Shown here piece after piece: positions 21,968 through 36,900 of a stretch of 64,000 nt of DNA; position 1 is the first letter of the stretch; every line of letters starts with the position of its first letter. The DNA comes from Antedon mediterranea. Its lineage: Eukaryota > Animalia > Echinodermata. The stretch is taken from the NCBI RefSeq assembly GCF_964355755.1, contig NC_092670.1, positions 32,600,388 to 32,664,387 on the forward strand, in the 5' to 3' direction. A model generated the notes under the pieces. It was given only the letters and a program-made list of their open reading frames with translations. It ran no database searches and was not told the DNA's origin. Position numbers and translations under genes: made by a program.

Positions 21968-24900
21968 CTTAAATATTAAGTACATAGATAATAATAGTTG
22001 AGTAGATAGTGAGTAATGGATATGGTGTGTCCATTGGGGAACACACCGGTTATAAAATGTCAATATTTCTTGATTCAACAAATCACATCAACACTAACTG
22101 CCACTTGGAACCCTAATTTCAGTCCTTAAGACCAATTTAAACAGACGAGAGTTAATGGTAATAAGTAGAAATCATAATTGTAGAATCTGGGGTGCGGACA
22201 GGCAGTGCGGAAAAGATACAGATTTTATGTGGTACAAGCTACATACTTTTCCAGTTACCATTACCTCTCGTCGAAATAAATATTATGCAAATTAGGTAAG
22301 CTGGACAAACATAGAAAACTTCTACAAGGCGTAAGAAAAACAAAAGCAATTTGAAAAGGATGAATGAAATAAAAAATAGAAAAAAAACCTAAGTAAAGTT
22401 AAAAAGGACACACTACTGAAGCTAGAAAAAAGGTTAGATGATTTGGAAAATTGATCTAGGCAAAATAACATAGTTCTATGGGGTGTGCCTGAAGGCTTGG
22501 AAAACTTCTTTATTTATTTTTAGATATCCTTAAATCGTTTAAAAAAAATGATAAATATATATAAGTTGAAGTCGAGCGCGTCATAGCCCTATGGGAAAAT
22601 TATCCTGTGCTCCAGCCGCTTCCAGGTCAACACCATAACCAATTCATGTAAAACTCCTTTGGTACACAGACACAGATATTTGAACATTTAGAATTTCTTT
22701 AAATGGTGCTCAACTTTTAGAATTACCGTTAAAATTTTAATGTACCTCTTCAAGTTTATAAATAAAGTTAAATGTTTATTATTACAAAAATATTAAGTTT
22801 AATGTTAGCCCTTGATCCTTATATTTCTTTTAAGTTTTTATAAAGTTGTTTCTTTCTTATTTAATTATTGTTGTTAGACCAAATATCCATTGACTAATTT
22901 ATTTTTGTGACAGGAGTAAAACTTTGACAATTTAAGAGATAGCTATTTTTTGGGTCCTTTTCATATATTGTATTGTATATTGTGAATAAAGAATGATTAC
23001 TATATTCTTTCAATTTTAGTGGCTGCAAAAGAAGAATTATTATTGTTTAATGTTGATATAAGGTTTACGGTACACCACGTATGTAGTTCTGAAAAGACAG
23101 AATGCTTTCTCACTCATTTTCATTTTTTCATTTCATTTTATTTATTCGACACAATCAACACAAATATGCACCATGACATGTGAGTGTCCGCAACCCTCCC
23201 CCCCCCCCAAGGATGATTGGAGCATATTGATTGCAAAAGTCGAGTACCGCAACAGTTTTTTTTCACAACTACGTATGTGGTGTACCGCAACATTTGATTT
23301 CACCGTGCAAACCTTCAAACAAGTGTGCAGAGGGTTAGAAATTAGTGATAAATTGTAAAGGTTGCCCTGTTTAGAAAATTGAACCTAAAACTCCATAAAC
23401 CGTATTATGTAAGTTAATATTAATGAAAGACCCATTCCCTATAAACGTTTTGTAAAAATAATGCATATATATTACTTTAAAAACATTAAACCAGGTCATT
23501 CAAAGAAACAATGTACTACGTAAGTAGCTCGCCGTAAATATCGTCTCGTGGACGGTCTTTAGGCGTAGCCCAGCTAGGCTTAATTTTGCAGACATAGCTG
23601 GTAAACAGAAGTAACGTACTGTACGAACATCGTACGCTAGCTATTGCGACCTTAAATTAGAACTTAAAAAACATAGGGAATGGGACTTAGCTTAGCCTTC
23701 AAGACACCAAACAAAAATTTACTTTACCACATACAGTAGAGTATCCAGAATGTTATCAGAGCAAACACTCTTTAACTAAAAGGCATGACAGAGTAGTACC
23801 TGTGCAACAACATTACTTTTTTTAATAAATGAAGCAATTTTGTTAATAATAGTAGGCCTATAAATACATGTTTATCATTTTTAGATAGCCCAGTTGCTTC
23901 AATTCTGTCCCTTGCTCAGTTCTTGTATACTCCTCAGAACATGTGCTGTATGCCTCATGCCTTCTAGCCTTTCTGGCCATCCTCATTTGTAAACACACTT
24001 AGTTATTCTTAAATGATTTGTCTGCAACTTATTAAAAACATTGCTCGTTAGAGTAGCCAGGCTAAGTTGTAGGCCTAGTTAGCAATTGAAACTGAGCCTG
24101 GCCAGGTCTTGAAATAAAAACAAATATTTTGGCCTTATTTCTTCCAACAATTGTATGACAGCAGCTGGTGAGTCATCTCCCCTCCCACCTCCCCACACAC
24201 ACAAACAAAAAAACACAACCCTTTTTTATAATACCAAGGGTATGACAGGAGGTAGATTTGGGGCTTGTTTGCAACACTGGAATTGGCGACTTGGACATTT
24301 TAAACATGGCAGAACATGCATGATACTATCTCAAATGCAGAAAACGAAAAACTAGATTTTGATATTTGTTGAGAGATTAAATTTCTAACCCTGCCCATAG
24401 TGTAAAATAGTTGTAAAGCAACATGGATTACCTTTAAGAGCTTCTAATCCACCAGATGGCTTCCATACAGGTTTTCTCTTCGCTCCTTTGGCACGTTGTT
24501 GCTCAAGGAACTCATCCCAACGTGGCAGATCTTTCTTCAAAAGAATCTGCATGTGGTTCCAAAATCTGAAAAAAAAAACAAAAAAACATTGTTAACTTAA
24601 TGTGAATAATGTGAGTTTAAAACCTTCTCGTTCTTAATCTAATCTAAGGTTGGCATAACAGTGCAACAGATGCTATGCGATCAGTTCAGTGGGTTCCGAT
24701 TTCAGTAAGTTTAAGGATATCTAGACCTACATTTTTTTTACCTAATTTAAGGGCACACACTACATTTACGATTAGCGTACGCAATGTCTACTCAAGACGA
24801 ATAGCGTAACGGATGATGATGATGATGACACTACATTTTATGTAAAAATAAAAACTATATGGACCTATTGCGATATATTTTCCGTCTTTAAACGGTTAAA

Positions 24901-27900
24901 AATGTGAAAAATAAGTAGATTCTAATAATGTTAACGGCCTGCTATAAATCCCAACATGCATCGTGCACAGATTGATATTTTCATATTGTGATGTAATGCA
25001 CCCACTTCGACCAATCGCGTGAAAGGGTAAACAAATAAAAGGACCATAGAACAGCGAAAATACCAGGTCTTCCCCAATTTGTATTAATGGATTCTGCCAA
25101 AGAAAAAAAGACAAATAATTCAATGAGACAACGTCAGACTAGGCCTATAGCTAGCGTACAATGTTACCGCTCTTTACCAACTAATCAAGGTCAACAATTG
25201 CAGGTCTAGTGTCTTTAAAATAGCATGCCTCATTTGCCGTTCACTTTAGTTCCGCACCTAGTTACTGAAGAGATTTACTTTCTAAATGGAATGTAGGTTG
25301 CAGTACACATCCTAGTATCAGTGATATTTAACAGTCCCACAAACTAAATGAAAGACATTAGCTGACCACTCATTTTCCGTTGCTGGACCAAGAAGCTTGA
25401 ACAATTTGCCAAATTACATTAAACATTTGGATGACTATAAAATTATCATAGAAATGGGCGGTATATAAATGTTAATCTTAGGCAAGATTGCTATGCTGTG
25501 GGCATGAAGATAATCCTGTGCCACAGAAATTGCACAGTAAATCTACTAGTTCTACTAAGCTGAAATGAAAAGAAACAGGGACACTCAGTAAAAGTTTCAA
25601 TTTTACCAAATAACAAAAAGAAATGATAGTTACAGATAATGGAAAGTATCCGGTTCACGAGAGATTCGATTGTTGAATCCGATGTAGAGGTTGTCCCAAA
25701 ACAGACCATGTACAACAGTCTCTCGATGAACACCCATTCGATTCTTCATCTAAAATAAATTAATAATTAAAACCAACTATCAGTTTCAATTGTTTACATG
25801 GCCGTTTGTGTAAACACTAGTACAAAGATTCCAAAAAGAAATAAAAGTTTAACATTTAGAATAGTGACTGGGCTTTTGCATCGAGACGGTAGATGAAATA
25901 CAAAACATTCATCTGGGCGTGTATAAGCTAAGTACAATAGGACCTTTATTTTATGTACGGTACGGGACCAAATGACTACGTAAAACATGGGATTTGTAAA
26001 ATCAAGATTGCTTAAATTGACCCCCAAATACATATGATCATAGCTAAAAAGGCAGACGTAATTGCCTACTTTACTTGCTGCATGCTAACTAATCTAGGCC
26101 TAGCTAGATATGAGGCCTAGCTGTGAGGCCTAACTATAAAAGTATATGCAGGCTGTGTGATGTTTAAATTAAGTGTTATAAATAAAAAATTAATGTTCTT
26201 GCTTTTTCTATCAGTAAAAACAGTCGCTGCTGTAGGAGGAATGCCTGTATGTGGCATGCGTTTGTTGCTAAATTGCGCCTCAATGTAAGAAAATAACACT
26301 ATTTATGCCGAGTCAAATGGTCGAGCGGTTAAGGCAGGGGCGCTGTTTACCGTACCTAAAGAGCCAACAACATCGGCAAGGGTTCGAGGTCGACTCGCTC
26401 CTAGTTCTGGTGGTGGAACAAGTCTTCTCGGATAAGGACTATAAACCGTAGGTCCAGTGTACACAGTTATAACTTGTGTGCACTTTAAAGAACACAGTTC
26501 ATTATTCGAAAAGAGTAGGGGGTTACCCCGGTGAACTAGTTCGCAAAATAGCCCCTGTATCAGGGGATTACCACCTATCTGATAGGACAGTGATTAATTC
26601 ACTATTGGTAATCCTTGGCCACATTGCCTAAAGACATAAAAAAAAAAAAAAAAAAAAAATTACTTAAAATTATGACGTCATCGGTCATTTTATGCGTACG
26701 TAAAATCCAGGGAATGTAAAATCATGGTATGTAAAACAGAGGTTCTAATGTATATACCATTCTGTTCCATTATCGGGGACTATATTTTGGCTGCAATGTT
26801 TGATCTGATAGACGGAGCAAAGTTTATGCCACCATTTTGAAACTTTTCAACAATAAAAAAAACTTACTTCAAGGTAGCTATGCTCTCGTTGTGGTCTTTC
26901 TGTTGGATATGTTGGTTTTCTACCATTAAAATCAACAAGAAAATTATAACCACCTTCGATTGGTTCAAAATTATCGTCCGTCTCAATCATCTGAAAAAAA
27001 AAAAAAAATTTAAGTTTTTTCACCAAACACTCTTGATTAAGACTAAATCTTGCTTTCCACAATATAATCAAATGTATCCAACATTCCTGAACTGTGATTG
27101 GTTGGAAATGGATATAAATATGCAGCAACAAACTCACCCTTTTCAATCCGCCTAGTGAAAAATTGTATCACATAGTAGAAAAGAATATGGGACCTTTGGT
27201 AATTTAAATTTTCTGCTATATAAGCCAAAAGTATTACGTCTTCAACATTATGATGCTGTACTCGAGCTGTTTGACCGGGTTTCAGCCATTAAAAACAATT
27301 ATTGCAGGAGATAAGTAAATGTGAAGCATCCTCATATTATTGTGTGCGGGTATTTTTCAAGATGGACATCCATTGGAAAGTGTATACCACAATCGGAAAA
27401 CACCCCCATTTGGGGAAAATTGTTGAACCTAAATTCGTTTTCATTGTCAATAACTAATTATCTATATTATTATTATTATTATAACGCAATTTCATTAGTA
27501 AACAGGGCTACATCAGGTGGTTAAAATCAGTACCGAAAGTATGAACCAACTTTATGTACCATCGAGTAAAAATTCTAGAAGTAACGCACAATTTATCGAA
27601 TTTTGACCTTACGTAAATTTATATATAGATATGATAATACTGCAAAATATATATAACAAATAACAATTACAGGGTGGGAAAACACACGCCCATGCTTACT
27701 GTGGTCATAAGAAAAAATTATGGTAGTAGTATGTGTCAATATTTGAATGACAGAACATGGGATTGGCAAGCAAGCTTGTCAATGAGCCACAACTTACCCT
27801 AATGACAAGGTTATATTCGTTAAAGCCTGTCCAATTATAATAAAATTGAATCCACTCTGGGTATGCGAAAATTTCGTTGTCATAATTCTTGTTGATTTCA

Positions 27901-30900
27901 TTTACATACAGGTCAAAATCCCATCTGAATAAAACACAACAAATATTCATAACAATAATGCTACATTACACATATATTATATGAGTGCAAAATAATTTCA
28001 TGAAGTGAAAATACCCTCATGAAATTATTTATTCTATTGCACGAATACAATATACAAATACAGTATTTACCAGGCTGACGGGGCATGGTTACCAATATAG
28101 CTCAAGGTGGTCTGGAGACTAATACTATATCCGAGGGATAGTATATCTCTAGATCACTGAGGGCTATATTTTTACCATGCCATGATGAAAGTCTAGTAAA
28201 TATTTCTTTTATATACGGTACCATCAGATAAGAGTGAAATTACTTAATCTCACTCTTGCATGGTACCACACAATACGACTGTAGGCTAGGCCAATGCGAA
28301 TGCACAACATGGACTTAGTTGGAGTAGGCCTAACTAGTAGTGCCACAGTTTTGCTGTGAAGAATCAAACAACAACAAAAAGGCCTACAGCACTCCTGCTT
28401 TTTTTGACAGGCTAAGCCAAGACCTAAATTATTTGAAAAGGCAGGTTGTTCTTCAAACATGATCAGTCCACAGCCTAGCCTGATGTCATGTATGAAAATG
28501 TTATCAAAATGCTTGGTAAATTGTACATTAATTCTACTACAAATAGAAATATGTGTTGGGGATGGAGGCCTGTATTCAATATCCCCTTGAATAAATGCCC
28601 CCTCAGGGGGCATTTATTCAAGGGGATGTTTATTCAAAGTGGGGAATTTATTTGAATATAAAGAAAGTAGGCCTATATAAAATAAATGCTAGCTACATAC
28701 CTGTCTTTCATTACTTTGGTACCTTCCTTTGGGTAAGTCACATAATCACTGAAATTTGTAAAAATAATAAGGGTATAAAGCTCTGTCTAAACTATCAAAC
28801 TAGTTTGAAAAAAAAAAGTGTGATGTGCCCAAATATGGTAGTGATATGATCATATTTGTCATCATGTCCATATTTGGACACATCACATTTTGTTGTCGCA
28901 TAAAGTTTCATAGTGTAGACTGAAATTTTAACAATTCCTTCCTATGATTATGAATATTTTAGGAAGACCTGGGGTTTATAGGTAGCCTGGAAAGCAGTAC
29001 AAACTGTACTACTACAACTGTATCTACTGTTTTAAATAGTAAAAGTTACATTAAATTGTGTGGCTATTCTCGGATATTAATTTTCATGTCAAATCACTAT
29101 CATATTTGGGCATATCACTATCATATTTGGGAACATCACTTTTTTTTGGTTAAAATAGTTTGATAGTGTAGACAAATATCTGACTGGCTACTACTACTCC
29201 GAAGTGCCGAAGAAGACCAAGATGTTTCCTAATGAAGCTTTTGATTTGCAACAAACAACCACCTGTACATTGCGGTAGATCGTCACCTGTATTTTTACCC
29301 TTTTTACGATATTTTAATGACTATGTTTTTATTATTATTATTTCTATTTTAAGATGTTGACAATTAGTGTTTTTTTTTCTGTTTTTACATTGTTATCTAT
29401 GACAATTTCCAGCAATGTGTCAAACGGCCAACTAAAATTAAAAAGTAGTGAATTGCCATAAACAGACAAAAATGGAAAAAAATTGTGGAAAGAATGTCGG
29501 AAGACGGAAAACGTTAAGAAGCAGTCCATTACCTGTCACCCGTGATAGCTTTTGCTAAATCAAGTACGGATCCTGGTTCAGGGGTCCAGGTATTAATCTC
29601 AGGGGAGTACTGCTTGATTAGATTATTCAAAGTAGCGGGTCCATTTTTGAAATTTGTTTCTTTGACGTATCTGAAAAAAAGGTTTATTTGAAAGATAAAA
29701 ATTAGCGACAAAAAGACATTACAAAAGCTCTGTTTACAAAATGTATATTTACTCTTTAAATAGCACTCTCTCTATTGAATATTTCAATTTTTGTAAACTG
29801 TTTTGTTTTTATGTAAAAAAACTATATGACATGTTTATGAATTTAAATGTATTTTATTTATAACCGTTATTAATAACCTTATTGGTTGCATAGTATTTCC
29901 TTGAAATAAAATAAATAAAAAAAATTATTTTACATAAAATATTTATTTTTTCTTCAGTATAAAATATTACAATTTACAATGCTTTTGGTTTGGATCAAAT
30001 AAATGTTCTTTGTGATTCTCGATTATCGATTTGGTTTCAGTTTCTGCTCTTAATTTATTCATTATTTTAAGGGATCATGTAAAAAATATTCTACTAGAGT
30101 ATAAACTACATTTTTTACTGATATGAATTTTTATGTTAGGTTGCTTATTTACGTAGAATTTTACGTTACTATAGTCAATGCAATACCATCAACAAATCTT
30201 GCTAGATAATTGCACAAACAGGAAAAGAGTGAACACAATTTAGTAACTACAGATTAGAATAGTTTCGACATGGTCCCTAAATAGAAATAAAGTAAATACT
30301 TACTTGTCTGATGGATGTGCTTCCACAAAGTATCCAGCAAAAGGGCAGTAAATCTTAGGAGCAACATCTCTCACCACTTGAGTCTTATAATACAGTAGTT
30401 TCTTGCGTTCGTTCTTAACAAACTTTGCTTTCCATTCCTCTGAAATATGTAATTTTTCATGTGAGGTGATCGTAAAATCAAAATGATTCTGGGTATGATC
30501 ATGGTATGATCAACTAGCGTTCCTGTTCTCAACAGAACAGAACATCTATTCATAGAAGCAATTTTTCTTTTGATTTTTTAAAATCAGTTTTGTTAAGGTT
30601 TTTCACATTTCAGCTTGTAAATTACTTTTAAATTGGTAATAACATTTACACAATTTATATTAATTTATTTTTTATTAAAGTAGCTGTAAACTAAAGTCAT
30701 AATATCCAAACAGGTTCAAGTTTTTCCAAGACCATAGTTCTAGTGTTAAGCTCTGTGTACACTTATTAAACTTTATGTGACAAAAAAATGTGATAGGCCC
30801 ATATATGGACAAAATGATGTTATATCACTACCATATTTGAGCATATCACTACTATATTTGGTTGGCACATCACACTTGTTGATAGTGTAGACAAAGTTTT

Positions 30901-33900
30901 AGAACAGGTCTTCTCGAATAACTACTTAAAATGGAGGTCCACTACATATACTGTATATGGTTTATGTGCCCTCCTAACGAACCCAGGAAATCTATGAGTA
31001 GAGGATATCCCAATTATGGGGCCTGCTGTATCTGGTTCAACCTCACCTAATCCCAGTATAGCTTCTTTTGAGCTGTAATAGGGATTATCAAACCACGAAA
31101 CAAGAATAGTTGAACATTATCATCTTCCTGTAATGTGCAGAACGTGTGAGTCAATTTCAGCTTGAGCTCAAAACTTTGATTTGATTTTGGTCTTATATTA
31201 TTATATAGTTATTTATTATATTATAGTTTATTCTTCTGTTCTAATTTCCTTTTACTTTGATAACCGCTGAACAAATGTTTTTGAATTTGGGACAGATATC
31301 TGTTTGTCATAATATCATTATAGCAAACACAGCAATTAGAACATTTATTGAACAGTAGGGGTTATCTCAATTACGGGGCCTGCTGTATCTGGTTCTCCCA
31401 CACCTAATCCCAACATATGCTGAACTACAGATGAATGAAGTCAATAAAGAATTGATTATTATTATTCAAGTAAATTAGTAATTTGTAGGTTGTAATTTAA
31501 TACTAACCGTCATAAGAAAAAAAGAAAAAAAAGAAAATTTCTGCCTAGGGTAAATAAGTGATTGACTTGCCTAAAATGAACCGTTTGCTGTCACGTTGTA
31601 TAAACAAAATGAGGGGAAATTTAACTGACAGCAAATTTTTTTAAATTGTTAAGTCTTGATTAAATATTATCCTGTACTTTACAGGAAACAAAGATTACCA
31701 TGGCAAATAGTTGTTGAATACATTTCAGAGATTTATTTCAAAGTAAAGAGTAAATAACAAGAGTTCACTGATTTTATTTTATGCATTTAATATAGCCTAA
31801 AAATGCTGAACAAAAGCAATGTGTTGCTGTTTAGGAGCTACAGGCTATTGCATTATCATATAACTTGTAGCATGTATTTTTTGCTAAGAAAATATCTAAA
31901 ATAATAGAATTCTTTTTATTTTGTTTATTCAACAAAAATTGCCTGAAACCAAAAAATGCAAATGTAATAATAATAATAACTCCCCCAGGGCTACAGTATA
32001 TTATAAGCATAAACCATTGTTAGAGAATGTTAAAAGCTTATAGAGGAATAAGAGAATTGTTTTCCTTTTGTTTATTAAGCATAAAATCTCTGAAGCATAG
32101 CCTAAAAACAGTAAATGCTATTGTGTATGTATGCATACATTGTCATTACAATACAATGTTGACCCAGTTGCTGAGAAATTTCAAAAATAATATGGTAATA
32201 CAATCTAGTACAGTATGAGAACAATTGTTTGTATTATGTTGGCAATTACAATGGCTATTGTTAGATGCCACAGAGAATGTTTAATTATAAAGCATCAACC
32301 TTGATAATGGAATAATCCGCCTGTACATATCTGTAAAAATTATGAGACATTTAGTCAAGTCAAATTTAAAAATCTTGTATAACTTTTATTGTACAAAGTT
32401 TTAAAGCTTTTTTACTTTATTTTTCTTGTATTTTTTCAAATATGGACGTCTCAGGAGACCAGTACTTTTATTGAAGTAGCTATTCCAGAAAGATTTGTAT
32501 TGTATTGTATCTATAATGATGTGCTCTAAAAAGGGTTTCAGTGAAAGTTCACATTGAGGTTCTGTAAAATTTAAAGTCCGGAATTTAATTTTTATTTATT
32601 ACTGTACCGACAACAGCTATAACATAACATTTTCCACACCTATTCTTTTGGTTCCGTCTTGTCTGCAATAGCAGAAATAAAGTCTCCTAATCCCTCCAAA
32701 CACCAGAGGGTGCTAAATAATCATGTTACCCCAATGGTAAAAACCAAATAAACGTGTATTTCAATCGCCGTACGAACACGGTCATAGTTGCACAGCTTCT
32801 TATCATTGGACACATGTGATATAATCATACATGTGATATAATCATAAATGTGTATACTCGTCTTGTCATGCAGGTTCAAAACTTGTGGCTTAGCTAACCA
32901 TACTCCACCATATTGACACTGGATTGTGTAATAGCCATAGCTGCCTGAATTTCTGCACGTAAACCTTACATTATACAATGATTGACAATGTAATATGATT
33001 CCATGTTCTACTAATCATATAGACAAACTGACATGCAACAGATAAATGGTAATATTAAACATACCACATGCTATGGTTTTGTATACCTAACACAATATAA
33101 ACAAAGTAATCAAAATAAAAGTGTGTGGTATATGATGTTGTTAAGGATGTGTGAGTAGGACTTATACGATGTTTGGAAACTATGACAGCAAATAAGTGTG
33201 GGGTCAGTGGCGGATCTAGGATCTGACGAGGGGGGGTGGCCACGAAAGTGGCGGTCGAGGTGCATTGCACCGAGCGGGGGTAGGTTTGGAAGGGGGTGTC
33301 CCCCTACCGAGCCTCAGAAAATTTTGAAAAAATAGATGCCTATACACTGTTTAATAGGCTAGAGCAACTGTTTCCATCACATTTAATAACAATTTACTGT
33401 TACATAATGTAAATTTAAATAAATCCTTCCCAAATACTGTACGGGTCTTTTTTTCGACGAACTAATAATAAACTTTGATCAAAAAACACTTTAAACGAAA
33501 TGAACATTTGGTAATGCGGTATTCCAAAAATGCCTCGATAGCGAATGTTGTGTTGTGTACCATGTTTTGGTGGTCTGTTAACCTCCGATATATACCGTAC
33601 AGCCGGGTGAATAACTCAATGTAATTTAGTATACAATGATTGCAGTAATCGCCGTGTCTATAACACAAATCAATAAAACGCCAAATACGTCACACACTTT
33701 TTTTCGGCCGTGTACATACAAGACATTTCATGTTTATTGTATGCCTATGAAATAATAAAAGAACACAATGGGTCTTGTTTATTTTAATCTTTTATACTGC
33801 ATACCATTATTATATAAAAAAATCTTCATACGCGAGAAAAAAGTTCACGATATTACACTCCACTCAGGGGTGTAAATATACCACGCTAACGCTTGCAGAC

Positions 33901-36900
33901 ACGGAGGGCCAAGGCGTTAATTAAAACTGAAATGGAAAATGGTGGATTTTTGGAGCGCAACTAATGACATCAGCATTTACACGAGGCACGAGCTAGGCAA
34001 GTGATGCTGCTGGTAGTAGAGGAGTGCGTGTGTTTTGAAAATAACTCAGTTGTGGGTATTTTCCGAAGATTTTATATCGCGTTTTCTTTTTAAACTCTTG
34101 AATTCATAAATATTAATTACATTCTTAGCTCTTTCACAATGTAGGCCTATTTACACAACTAATGCTAACATTAGCTCTAGGCCTAGGCTACTCTTCTTAA
34201 TTAAAAAAAAGTCAGGTGAGTCGAATCCACGTCTAGCGACAGTCGTGGGTATGTTGCATCTTTTTTTTTTTTTTGGAGAATTAAGGGGGGTGGCTAGCCC
34301 CACCCCCTAGCTCTGCCACTGGGGGTATGATGAGGAGTATATGAGTAGAATTTTTATCTATAGACATCCTGTAATATGTACAGTGGAGGTGTGACAAGGG
34401 CTTGATGATTTTATATATTACTGTATGTGTACAATTCCCTTCATGGCCTGACCCCTGACTATTTGTGTAATTTGGTCTCAAAATACTACTTGGGTAGACA
34501 AGGACTTAATTTAAAATCAATGAATAAACTAGGGCTATATTAGCACACTTTTTATAAGCAGGGCCTTCAATTTTCAATTCAATCAAGCGGTGAATTTTTA
34601 TGGATGAAATAGATAATTAAAAACTTCTAATTCAGATAGTAGATAGTGTAAAAAAGCACACAATACTTTTATTTGACACAGCAGAGCTATATTAATATAA
34701 TATTTATTAATGAAGTTTTATGCATTTCTATTGAATCCAGATGTGTTTCAAAATCTTACTCCTGATATTAATTATAACATCTTAACCAACATCAATTGGT
34801 AATACTAATCAAATATTTATTTTAATTATTGATCGAATATATGAAATATCATAGACAAGCTGGGGTTTAAAAACCAGCTGGCACAGTACTATGTGCTTCC
34901 GCTGTATGTAAGAATAATAATGATTAATATAATTAAAGATATTGATATATTACGAACTAATTAATTTAATCATCCTTAGTTTGTGTTATTTAATAAAAGT
35001 ACTTTTCCTGCCATGCATGGTAATGTTGTGTATACTTTACAAGGAATTTGTAAAGTCAAATGGTCTGAACGCCACTCCTTAAAGCCTCTTTTCTTGTCGA
35101 CACTATAATTGCCGATTGTTTTTTTTTTTATCTTGTGTGGGTTCGTCCCACTTTTATTATAGTTCTCTGTTATAAATATAATAATATATGCACATTTATA
35201 TATTTTTCTCTTATTTATAAGGTACATTGCTCAAAAAATACATATCTTTTAAACAGTATAAACATAGGCTAAGATTATTTTGATGTTAAAAAGAAACCAC
35301 ATTTACATTCATTTACATTTTTAAAAATACAATAGTTAAAATATATAGATGGCAATATGATCAAGTGTAGGAGATGTAGGCCTAGGCATACTACTATCTC
35401 TATATTGATGGTTCTTTGTTCTCAGTACTATTTATTTATTTTTATTTCAATATGACATGAATAGGAAAAAGTTCACCTAATAGACAATAAAGCAACTAGA
35501 ATCATATTGAGGATCTATACTAGAAGAATAAATTATTCTTGTCACGTATAAGACCCTTTTCAAATCCTAGTCCAAATAGCATTTGGACTAGTCTGAAGAC
35601 TTAGACCACAGCTACTTTCCGGAACATCATTTTATAGTCGTTTTGGCTAGACAGGGCCTAGCTTTGACCGCGCTGTGATGCAACAAAAATAAATGTAGTC
35701 AGCACTCAGCAGCATTTTTCCATCAATTATGTGACGTAATGTACTGTTCTTGCGTTTTAATGTTGTGATATCCATAGAGTTTAACTGGATTCAACTCTAT
35801 TGTCAACGATCGCGACTTGTAGCGGAGCAAGGGTTACTGATAGTTAGATATTAATGTGCCATCAAGTAGAAGAAATACTCAACGGCATGTGACACAGAAT
35901 TAACCAATGAAATTGCAAGGATACATTCATTTGTGTTATAAATATGAAAAAGTTAACTTACCTGTATATTTTCCACCCGAGAAAGTCATAGGAAAGCCAG
36001 AGGCACCACCAGCAAAGTCACTCATCATTACATCCACATTGTGTGGAAGTTTACCACCATTTGGATTCGTACAATCCACTGTATTTAAAATCAGATGACC
36101 TGTACAAACCGAATAAATATTATTTACAATCAAAGCTTCTATCATATAAAATATTTTATCATCTAAAGCTCTGTCTACACTATCAAACTGGTTCCAAATA
36201 TGGTAGTGACATACCAAAATATGGTAGTGATATGACATCATGCTGTACAGGAAAACTAAATCCCCTAAAAATATGTGTAGTAAACTACAAGAAGAAGGAT
36301 GTGAATATAGAAAAAGATAAAATTTTAGTCCCAGAAGCCCACCTCCAAACTTTGATCAAACGGTGCCAGAAAATAGATATATATAAAGGGACTAGTGCTG
36401 TTCCGCCATACCACGCCGAGAGTGTTATAGAGTTGCTATCCAATCGAGTTTGAACAATACCATGAAAGCCCCAGTGGTCTAATGGTGATAAAATCTGCAT
36501 ATATCAGGTAAAATGTTTTGGGTTCGAACTCGGTTGGGGCGACTTTTTCCTCATTCTCACAAATTTCCTCATCTTATCGTTTCAAATTAATTAATACATT
36601 TTCCGTATATCCCAGGCGGTTTTAATTTGTTCTATGCCTATGGTGTTTTATGTATATTATAAAATGGTTACTATTTGAAAGCATAAAAAAAAAAGATTTT
36701 ACTTATACCTTTATAATCTATGAGAAGGCAAGTATCCATATCAGGGTGAACCCCATCCATCATAATCATAAATCGCAAATCCTTGTTGACCTGTGATAAT
36801 AGAAGATTGTATATTGTAATTGTAGTTTTGTGTCAGGGAGTTGAGTAGATGTTTTGCCCTACTCTGACGTAATTTGTACTTTATACTAAGTACATTTGAG

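Noticed and set aside
23999-24021. Possible alternative CMAH last exon (DKSFKNN*) giving a soluble isoform
   Set aside because: An in-phase AG exists, but the polypyrimidine tract is weak and the peptide too short to assess; needs junction reads.
36043-36453. 136-aa + strand ORF
   Set aside because: Runs across the antisense of a CMAH exon and a MITE fragment; composite and spurious.
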